The position numbers were made by a program, and so were the translations under genes. A model generated the notes under the pieces. The model made no database searches. It had not been told where the DNA came from and worked only from the letters and a program-made list of their open reading frames with translations. Below, in pieces: positions 1 to 10,300 of a stretch of 64,000 nt of DNA. Each line of letters opens with the position of its first letter. Within the stretch, counting starts at the first letter, position 1. The DNA is from Azolla caroliniana (taxonomy: Eukaryota > Plantae > Polypodiophyta): contig JBHGNT010000007.1 of the NCBI GenBank assembly GCA_043228905.1, positions 20,522,001-20,586,000 of the forward strand, written 5' to 3'.

Positions 1-88
1 TGATTTAATAATGCAGCTCTTGTGACCTACATTGTATTTTTTATATCATGGTACTAACGTTGAAGGTTTTTTTGTTTCTTGCAATGAA

Positions 89-767
89 TGTTGTAGTGTC
101 AAGCAACTCCACGCTAGGGAAGGTAATGGAACAACCAGCTCTTGTGCCTAAACCCTCAGTATTTGCTGCACATTCCAAGGTTTAGGGACCATCATTACCA
201 GTAACCTATGACTTTTATGATGAAGATGAATGTATGAGAAGGGCCATTGGAGCAGTGGAACATATGCTTCTACAAATAAATTCCCCAAGCTCCGGTCAAC
301 ATCAAAACAATCCAGGTAACAGAAATTGAGTTAGCATATCTTAATTCTCATTTGTGTGTATTAATAGTAATGACAATAGTAGTGGCTACGTTTGTAAATA
401 GCCCATACAATGTATAAGTATAAATACACTTAGGGAAAAGAGAGTGTTGTGCAGAACAGAATTGAGTAGAACAGAAAATTTCTGTGAGCCTCTGTTGTAG
501 AGCATAGAGTAGATAGAGAGTTTGTGAGTATGAGTGAGCGATGCCATAGTTGTGTGAGCGTAGACGTCAAGAGCCTTCTGAGCTTGTTACACTTGTCTTT
601 TATATCCATTGTATAGTGAAGATCTATTCTCCCGTGGTTTTTTCCCGTTTAGGGTTTCCACGTAAAATTGTGTATTTCATACATTTGTTGTGTTTTCTGT
701 ATCTCGGCAATATTGTCAATTACATAGTCAATCTTTCTCATGAATAGAAGGGGAGTGAATCCCTACA
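89..767 (+). repeat. 5' LTR of degenerate host Copia element A (left boundary uncertain)
   Basis: Ends ...CCCTACA at 767, followed by PBS TGGTATAAGAGC at 771-782. Contains TTTGTAAATAGCCC (391-404), TATAAATA (~420) and the CCCGTGGTTTTT...AGGGTTTCCACG block shared with other LTRs here. TGTTG at 89 is only a guess for the start. Confidence 0.6.
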
Positions 768-1634
768 AATTGGTATAAGAGCGAGGTTGAAGATGGAAGG
801 AGGTGTGACCGGCTTCCTAGGCATGATAGTTCTAAACTCTCAGAACTATGCAAACTAGAAGATAAAGATGGAGAACCTTCTAATAGTCAAAGACCTGTAC
901 GAGCCAATCGACCAAGCAGAAATACCCACAGGGGTATTAGAGTCAGAATGGAAACTTCTGAATAGAAAGGCGGTGGCCACCATCCGACAATGCGTCGATG
1001 TAAGTGTCCTTCAACATGTGGCGAACGACACAAATGCCTACAAGATGTGGCAAAAGCTGTCAGGCTTATATGAGAGGTAGAACGCCCTCAACAAAACATC
1101 CCTGATGTGGAAGATCGTAAGGCTCAAATACAGGGATGGAGAAAGCATAGTAGAGTACGTAAGCACATTCATGTGGTATATGAACCAACTTGCGGCAACT
1201 AAGTTTCCCCTTGACGATGCAATGCAAGCCATCCTCCTAAAGTGCACCCTACTAGACAACTAGGAGAATTTGGTGGTTACTCTCAACACCTTGTGTAAAG
1301 AAGAGAACTTGTCTCTACAAGCGGTAAAGACAAGTATCTTGAATGAGGAGACTAGAAGGAAGGACAAGGGTGTCCAAGCCCAGTCGGAGTCAAACTTGAA
1401 TCAACAGAGCGGTAGAGGAAGGAATCGGCAAAGGATTCCACCAAGGAGAGAAAAGTCCCATGCCAGATCCAAGTATAGAGGTAAGCTAACATGCCTCTAT
1501 TGTGGAAACCTTGGACACTTTCGGCGGGACTATTGACATCTCAAGAAGGACAAGAGTGTTGGAAATAATGTTGAGCCCAAGAAGATTCCTGATGAAAAAA
1601 GCACATTGGTCGTAGCTACGAGTGTAGAGGAGAT

Positions 1635-1925
1635 TGTTAAACACAGTGCTCTGATACCACTTTGTTAACCTCAGTGCTCGGCCACAACCGAGGAATAGGA
1701 TTAACTCACAGAAAACAGGAAATACAAAATGCACGAAGACAATAGAGAGGAGAGTACACAGGATGTTTTACGTGGAAAACCCTAAATGGGAAAAACCACG
1801 GGAGTCCTCAAACTCCAACTGTCACTATAAACAGAGATGTACAATGGTGAAGCTACAAGGCAACAACCTTGAGCTCACTGTCTTCGCCACAGGCGGCGGT
1901 AATACACAGAGGCAACGACCTCTTC

Positions 1926-1962
<37 letters not shown>

Positions 1963-2323
1963 CTGCTCACTTAGCTCCCTCTAAGTGGAAAACCAGAAAA
2001 AATGAGTAACAACTACATCAACAACGCTAAACAGTTTGCCCTAAGTCATATTTATACACATATGACTTTCGGGCTATTCACAAATATAGCCTCAAGGGCC
2101 CTTGGCAAACATATTCACAAATATGTCCCCGCATCCGGATCTCTCTCCGGGTACATTCGTCATCCGGCTCCGTAGCCGGGGTCTTCATCATCCGGCTCCG
2201 TAGCCGGGTACTCTTCATCCGGCTTCATGCCGAGTACTCTTCATCCTCCGGTTCCGTAACCGTAACCGGGCTTGCCGTCATTCATCTCCGGACATCCCAT
2301 CCGGAGGAACCGAAATCCCAACA
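1635..2323 (-). repeat. 3' LTR of element 1 (contains embedded PBS copy, (CT)n, CCGG-rich U3 repeats)
   Basis: TG...CA ends, adjacent PPT, matches 6438-7126. Confidence 0.95.
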
Positions 2324-2333
2324 AACTCCCCCT

Positions 2334-5300
2334 TCACTTCGGCATGGGATGTCTCTCCACTCCGATCCTCTTCCGGCATGCTTCCAGCTTGTCGGGTGTG
2401 AGCACCTTGGTCAGCATATCTGACCCGTTCTCGTCCGTGTGGATCTTCGTCAGCACGAACTCCTTGTCTTCTATCCTTTCCCGGATCCAGTGGTATCTAC
2501 GCTGGATGTGTTTCGTCAGGGAGTGATAGGCCGCGTTCTTCGCAAGGTGGATGGCACTCTGACTGTCGCAGTAGAGTCGGTACTCCTCCTGCCGGATACC
2601 GAGCTCTCTAATGAAGTCCTTCGTCCATATTATTTCCTTGCCGGCTTCAACAGCCGCCATGTACTCCGCCTCCGTGGTTGACAACGCAACCGTCTTCTGC
2701 AGCCTCGACTGCCACGAAACAGCTCCCCCTGCATACGTCATCACATACCCTGATGTGGACCGGCTGGTATCTGCATCAGCCGACATATCCGAATCGGTAA
2801 AGCCGTCGAGTTCGGGCTTACCGGAGCCAAATCGGAGGCACACGTTTGCCGTGCCCTTCAGGTATCGGAGTATCCACTTGGCCGCGTTCCAGTGCTCATT
2901 GCCGGGATTGCTCATGTACCGGCTCACCACTCCGACTGCATATCCTATGTCCGGTCTTGTACACACCATTGCGTACATCAAGCTTCCGACGGCAGAGGCA
3001 TATGGTACTTTCATCATGTCCTCCTTCTCAGCCTTTGTCTTGGGGCTTTGCTTGCTGGACAACTTGCAATTTGCCGGGAGGGTTGACCCGACCGGTCTTG
3101 CTTCCGACATGTTGAACCGTTGAAGCACCTTTGTCACGTACTTCTCATGTGACAGCCACAACTGCTTCTTCTTCCGGTCCCGAATGATGTGCATCCCTAG
3201 TATTTGCCTCGCCGGACCCAGGTCCTTCATTGAGAAGGTTCGGTGAAGAGCCTTCTTCAGCATCCGTATCTTGACTTGGTCCCGTCCGACGATCAACATG
3301 TCGTCCACGTACAGGAGGAGTATTAGAAAGTCTCCTCCTTCGAACTTCTTCACAAACACGCAGGGATCGGACTGCGTTTTGTGGTACCCTTCGTCGGTCA
3401 TGAAGGAGTCGAACTTCCGGTACCACTGCCGGGGAGCCTGCTTCAATCCGTAAAGGCTCTTCTTCAACCGGCATACCAGGTGCTCCTTCCCTTTCTTCTC
3501 GAATCCTTCCGGTTGTTGCATGTAGATCTCTTCTTCGAGGTCACCGTGGAGGAATGCCGTCTTCACGTCCATCTGTTCTACCTCGAGGTCCATGCTTGCC
3601 GCTATGCTCAGCACCGTCCGGATGGAGGTCATCTTCACTACCGGGGCAAATATCTCGTCGAAGTCGACGCCCTTCTTCTGCTGGAACCCCTTCACCACGA
3701 TCCTGGCTTTGTATCGTGGGGGGTTGCCGGCATCTCCCGGTTTCAGCTTGAACACCCACTTGTTTCGAAGTGCCCGCTTTCCTTTCGGCAACTCCACAAG
3801 TTCATATGTGTGGTTCTCATGCAGGGAATCCATCTCCTCCTGCATGGCATTTAACCACCTGCGGCTATGGGTGTCAAGCTTTGCTTCTTCAAAACTCTCC
3901 GGCTCCCCCTCGTCGGTTAGCAGCACGTGCTCTGGTTCCGGAAATCTCCGGGGGGCCCTTCTCTCTCTTAGAGGATATCTCCGTTCCGGAGCTTGGTAAC
4001 CGGCTCCTCCGTTTCCTCTTCATCCGAATCCATTTCGGGATCGGGGCCGGTTCCGGTATCAGTTTCATCTTCCTCGGCCGGTTCTGTTTCTTCACCGTCT
4101 TCGGCCGGATCCTCGAGTGCTAACCGGTCCCTTGCCGGTCGGGACTGCTCCTCGTAGAGTTGATCCTCACCGGTCGACTTGGAGCTCTTCATCTTCTTCT
4201 CCGACTCCCAGTCGGCGAGTGTCTTGTCCTCCATGAAGATGATATCACGACTCCGGAATATCTTTTTGTCGACCGGCTCCCATACTCGGTAGCCGAACTC
4301 GTCATCGCCGTAACCGAGGAATATGCATGGCCGGGTCTTTGGATCTAGCTTTCCTCTCCGGTCCTTTGCCACATGCACATATGCGAGACACCCGAACACC
4401 TTCAGATGCCGGTAGGATACTTCCGTACCGGTCCACACTCTCTGCGGCGTGTCTCCGTCCAAAGGTACTGAGGGTGATCTGTTTATCACGTATGTCACCG
4501 TCGACATTGCCTCAGCCCAAAATCCCTTGGGTAATTTCGCATGTGCTAGCATACTCCGGACCCTCGCCATTATGGTCCGGTTCATCCTCTCGGCTAGCCC
4601 GTTCAGTTCCGGCGTCTTCGGCACAGTAAACTCGAGCCGGATTCCCATCGAACGGCAATACTCCTCAAATTGCCCTCGGTATTCTCCTCCGTTATCCGCT
4701 CGTAGTGCTTTCAGCTTCTTGCCGGATTCTCTTTCCACTCTCGCGTGGAGTTCTTTGAAGACGGACAATACTTGGTCCTTTGTCTTCAACGGTGCCGTCC
4801 ACAGCTTCCGGCTATGGTCATCTATGAATGTTACGAAGTACTGGGCTCCGCCATGTGACTTCGTTTCTACCTGACACACATCAGTGTGTACCAACTCCAA
4901 TGGTACACTACGTCTCATCGGTGGTCTTGAGCGGAAGGAGGTCTGGTTTTGCTTACCGGCCAGACAGTCGGTACACTTCCCCAAGTGTACATGCTTTACC
5001 GGTATCAGGTTGTCTTCGGCAAGCCTCTTCATCCCCTTCTCACTCATGTGGCACAGTCTCTTGTGCCATAGCTCACCGGCAGTGTCAGCTGCCACGTTCA
5101 GCTCCTCCGGACATAGCCGGGAATTCATCAGGTACAATGTGTTGACCTTCCGGGCCCGAGCCACTATCAGGCTCCCTTTGCTGAACTTCATGACACCGTT
5201 CCGGATGCTACCCGTGTAGCCTTCATCGTCTAGCCTCCCGGCCGAAATCAGGTTCAATCGAACCTCCGGAACGTGTCGGACATCCTTCAGCAGCATCTTG

Positions 5301-6421
5301 CATCCGGTTGATGTCATCAGCCACACGTCTCCTATGCCGGCAATCCGGCATGTACCTTCATTTCCCATCCGGACACAGCCGTGCTCACCGGCTGTGTAGG
5401 ATGAGAAGTACTTCTTCTCCGGGGTCAGGTGGAACGACGCTCCGGAATCGACCACCCAGGTCATCTCTTCACCGGCAAGGTTCAGCTCCCTCTCTTCGGT
5501 AATGAGCATTATCTCTTCTTCACTTGCCGCGAGTGCCGTCGTTCCTTTCCGGTCCTGCCCTCGCCGATCCGGACCTCTCCGGTCCGTGGCTCCCCGGTAT
5601 GCACCGTTTCGCTCCGGTGACTTCTTCGAATCGGTACCATCGGTTCCGTTGTCTTTCCGGAAATGCCGACAGTTCTTCTGGAAGTGCCCCGGCTTCCCAC
5701 AGTAGAAGCATGTAGGTCTTCCCCTCGACTGCGACCGTGTCCCCGACTTCTCCCATCTTTGCGGACTCTGGTTCCGTTGTCTTCCCCGTTCCGATTCGGT
5801 AAGCAGCGCCTTCGAGTCGGAGGCCGGTTCTTTATCTCTCCAACGCGCTTCTTCATTTAGAATACTTGTCTTTACCGTTAGTAAAGACAAGTTCTCTTCC
5901 TTACAGGAGGTGCTGAGAGTAACTACCAAGTTCTCCCAGCTCTCCGGAAGGGTACACATCAGCATGATGGCTTGCATTGCGTCATCCAACGGGAACTTGA
6001 TCGCCGCAAGCTGGTTCACAAATCCCATGAACGTGCTGACGTGTTCGACCATGCTCTCGCCGTCCCGGTACTTAAGATTCACTATCTTCCTCATCAGGGA
6101 GGTCCGGGTCAGAGCATTCTTCCTCTCATACAGTCCGGACAGCTTCTGCCACATCTCATAGGCGTTCGTATCGTTCGCCACATGTTGCAGAACACTTACA
6201 TCGACATATTGTCGGATCGTCGCTACGGCTTTCCGGTTCAGGAGCTTCCACTCCGACTCTATTACCCCCTTGGGTATCTCGGCATTGTCGATCGGTTCGT
6301 ACAGGTCTCGGACGATGAGAAGGTCTTCCATCTTTATCTTCCAGTCGGCGTAGTTCTGTGAGTTCAACACCATCATGCCCGGAGGCCCACTACCGCCGCC
6401 TTCCATTTTCTGTGTTACCAT
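2334..6421 (-). pseudogene. gag-pol polyprotein of element 1 split by a 1-nt deletion near 3994 (ORFs 3968-6421 Gag-PR-IN; 2334-3926 RT-RNase H)
   Basis: WVVDSGAS protease, IN core, YVDD RT and RNase H motifs. Relative to element 2, ACCGAAGCT has become ACCAAGCT. Confidence 0.92.
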
Positions 6422-6437
6422 CGCTCTGATACCACTT

Positions 6438-6728
6438 TGTTAAACACAGTGCTCTGATACCACTTTGTTAACCTCAGTGCTCGGCCACAACCGAGGAATA
6501 GGATTAACTCACAGAAAACAGGAAATACAAAATGCACGAAGACAATAGAGAGGAGAGTACACAGGATGTTTTACGTGGAAAACCCTAAATGGGAAAAACC
6601 ACGGGAGTCCTCAAACTCCAACTGTCACTATAAACAGAGATGTACAATGGTGAAGCTACAAGGCAACAACCTTGAGCTCACTGTCTTCGCCACAGGCGGC
6701 GGTAATACACAGAGGCAACGACCTCTTC

Positions 6729-6765
<37 letters not shown>

Positions 6766-7126
6766 CTGCTCACTTAGCTCCCTCTAAGTGGAAAACCAGA
6801 AAAAATGAGTAACAACTACATCAACAGCGCTAAACAGTTTGCCCTAAGTCATATTTATACACATATGACTTTCGGGCTATTCACAGATATAGCCTCAAGG
6901 GCCCTTGGCAAACATATTCACAAATATGTCCCCGCATCCGGATCTCTCTCCGGGTACATTCGTCATCCGGCTCCGTAGCCGGGGTCTTCATCATCCGGCT
7001 CCGTAGCCGGGTACTCTTCATCCGGCTTCATGCCGGGTACTCTTCATCCTCCGGTTCCGTAACCGTAACCGGGCTTGCCGTCATTCATCTCCGGACATCC
7101 CATCCGGAGGGACCGAAATCCCAACA
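6438..7126 (-). repeat. 5' LTR of element 1
   Basis: Followed on the minus strand by AAG + PBS TGGTATCAGAGC (6423-6434). Confidence 0.95.
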
Positions 7127-7375
7127 GAGATTCTGTTCATTTGTGAACAGGCAATCACAAATCTTGCAAGGGAAGAGTGCACCTGGTTAATCGACTCAGG
7201 TGCATCATTCCACATAACTCCATCGAGAGAGTGTTTTTCGAATTACATAGCGGGTGATCATGGTTATGTAAAGATGTGAGATCATGGAGAGTGCAAGATA
7301 ACAGGCATTGGAAGTGTGTGCCTGACAACGTCGACTGGTTGTCCACTGATGCTGAGGGAAGTTTGACATGTCCCC

Positions 7376-10300
7376 TATTGGGATTTCGGTCCCTCCGGAT
7401 GGGATGTCCGGAGATGAATGACGGCAAGCCCGGTTGCGGTTACGGAACCGGATGATGACGAAGACCCGGCTACGGAGCCGGATGCTGAAGACCCCGGTTA
7501 CGGAGCCGGATGACGAAGACCCGGCTACGGAGCCGGATGCTGAAGACCCCGGTTACGGAGCCGGATGACGCATGTACCCGGAGAGAGATCCGGATGCGGG
7601 GACATATTTGTGAATATGTTTGCCAAGGGCCCTCGAGGCTATATTTGTAAATAGCCCGAAAGTCATATGGGTATAAATATGACTTAGGGCAAACAGTTTA
7701 AATGTTGTTGCTCATTCTTATGCGAAGTGAGAGCAGCCGAGAGAGAGAGAGAGAGAGAGAGACGAAGAGGTCGTTGCCTCTGTGTAGTACCACCGCTTGT
7801 GGCGAAGACAGTGAGCTCAAGGTTGTTGCCTTGAAGCCTCACCATTGTACATCCCTGTTCATAGTGATAGTTGGAGTTTGAGGACTCCCGTGGTTTTTCC
7901 CATTTAGGGTTTTCCACGTAAAATATCTAGTGTACCTTTCTCTCTATTGTCCTCGTGCACTTTGTATTTCCCGTTTTCTGTGAGTTGATCCTATTCCTCG
8001 GTTGTGGCCGAGCACTGTTTTTCAACAAACTGGTATCAGAGCGACGGTAACACAGAAAATGGAAGGCGGCGGCAGCGGGCAGCCGGGGATGATGGTGCTG
8101 AATGCGCAGAACTACGCCGACTGGAAGATAAAGATGGAGGACCTGCTCATTGTTCGGGATCTGTATGAACCGATCGACAGGTCGGAAATACCCAAGGGGG
8201 TACTTGAGACGGAATGGAGGCTTCTGAACCGGAAAGCCGTTGCAACCATTCGGCAATACGTCGACGTGAGCGTTCTACAACATGTGGCGAACGACACCAA
8301 CGCATATGAGATGTGGCGGAAGCTGTCGGGCCTCTATGAGAGGAAGAATGCGTTGAACCGGACCTCCTTGATGAGGAAGATAGTGAATCTCAAGTACCGG
8401 GACGGCGAGAGTATGGTGGAACACGTAAGCACGTTCATGGGATTCGTGAATCAGCTTGCGGCGATCAAGTTCCCGCTGGAGGATGCAATGCAAGCCATCA
8501 TTCTGATGTGTACGTTGCCGGAAAGCTGGGAGAACCTGGTGGTGACTCTCAGCACCTCCTGCACGGAAGATAACTTGTCCCTACAAACGGTAAAGACAAG
8601 TATTTTGAACGAAGAAGCGCGTCGGAGAGATAAAGAACCGGCCTCCGACTCGAAGGCGCTGCTTACCGAATCGGATCGGGGAAGACAATGGAACCGGAGT
8701 CCTCAAAGACGGGAGAAGTCGGGGACCCGGTCGCAGTCAAGAGGAAGGCCCACATGCTTCCACTGTGGGAAGCCGGGGCACTTCCGGAAGAATTGTCGGC
8801 ATTACCGAAAAGACAACGGAGCCGACGACACCGATTCGAAGAAGTCGCCGGAGAGAAACGGTGCATACCGGGGAGCCACGGACCGGAGAGGTCCGGATCG
8901 GCGAGGGCAGGACCGGAAAGGAACGACGGCACTCGTGGCAAGTGAAGAAGAGATAATGCTCATTACCGAAGAGAGGGAGCTTAACCTTGCCGGTGAAGAG
9001 ATGACCTGGGTGGTCGATTCCGGAGCGTCGTTCCACCTGACCCCGGAGAAGAAATACTTCTCATCCTACACAGCCGGTGAACACGGCTGTGTCCGGATGG
9101 GAAATGAAGGTACATGCCGGATTGCCGGCATAGGAGACGTGTGGCTGATGACATCAACCGGATGCAAGATGCTGCTGAAGGATGTTCGACACGTTCCGGA
9201 GGTCCGATTGAACCTGATCTCAGCCGGGAGGCTAGATGATGAAGGCTACACGGGTAGCATCCGGAACGGTGTCATGAAGTTCAGCAAAGGGAGCCTGATA
9301 GTGGCTCGGGCCCGGAAGATCAACACACTGTACCTGATGAATTCCCGGCTATGTCCGGAGGAGCTGAACGTGGCAGCCGACACTGCCGGTGAGCTGTGGC
9401 ACAAGAGACTGTGCCACATGAGTGAGAAGGGGATGAAGAGGCTTGCAAAAGACAACCTCATTCCAGTGAAGCATGTGCACCTGGAGAAGTGCACCGATTG
9501 CCTGGCCGGTAAGCAGAACCGAACCTCCTTCCATTCAAGGCCACCGACGAGACGTAGCGCACCATTGGAGTTGGTGCACACTGACGTGTGCCAAGTAGAA
9601 ACGAAGTCACATGGCGGAGCCCAGTACTTCGTAACATTCATAGATGACCATAGCCGGAAGCTGTGGACGGCACCGTTGAAGACAAAGGACCAAGTATTGT
9701 CCGTCTTCAAAGAACTCCACGCGAGAGTGGAAAGAGAATCCGGCAAGAAGCTGAAAGTGATACGAGCGGATAACGGAGGGGAATACCGGGGGCAGTTCGA
9801 GGAGTACTGTCGCTCGAAGGGAATCCGGCTCGAGTTTACTGTGCCGAAGACGCCGGAACTGAACGGGCTGGCCGAGAGGATGAACCGGACCATAATGGAG
9901 AGGGTCCGGAGTATGCTGGCGCATGCGGAATTACCCAAGGGGTTTTGGGCTGAGGCGATGTCGATGGCGACATACGTGATAAACAGATCACCCTCAGTAC
10001 CTTTGGACGGAGACACGCCGCAGAGAGTGTGGACCGGTAGGGAAGTATCCTACCGGCACCTGAAGGTGTTCGGGTGTCTCGCATATGTGCATGTGGCAAA
10101 GGACCGGAGAGGAAAGCTAGATCCAAAGACCCGGCCATGCATATTCCTCGGTTACGGCAACGACGAGTTCGGCTACCGAGTATGGGACCCGGTCGACAAG
10201 AAGATATTCAGGAGTCGAGATATCATCTTCATGGAGGACAAGACACTCGCCGACTGGGAGTCGGAGAAGAAGATGAAGAGCTCCAAGTCGACCGGTGAGG

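Larger units (their letters stand above)
1635..7126 (-). mobile_element. Full-length Ty1/copia (Tork/Tnt1-like) element 1, recent
   Basis: TSD GAGAT at 1630-1634 and 7127-7131. 689-bp LTRs at 1635-2323 and 6438-7126 differ by ~4 substitutions. tRNA-Met PBS at 6423-6434; PPT GTGAAGGGGGAGTT at 2324-2337. Confidence 0.97.

Noticed and set aside
3960-4000. Programmed frameshift between IN and RT in element 1
   Set aside because: The sibling element is in frame here; this is a single-base deletion with no slippery signal.
8002-8058. N-terminal extension of the 1376-aa ORF
   Set aside because: It starts at TTG inside the LTR and crosses the PBS; ATG 8059 matches the homologous starts.
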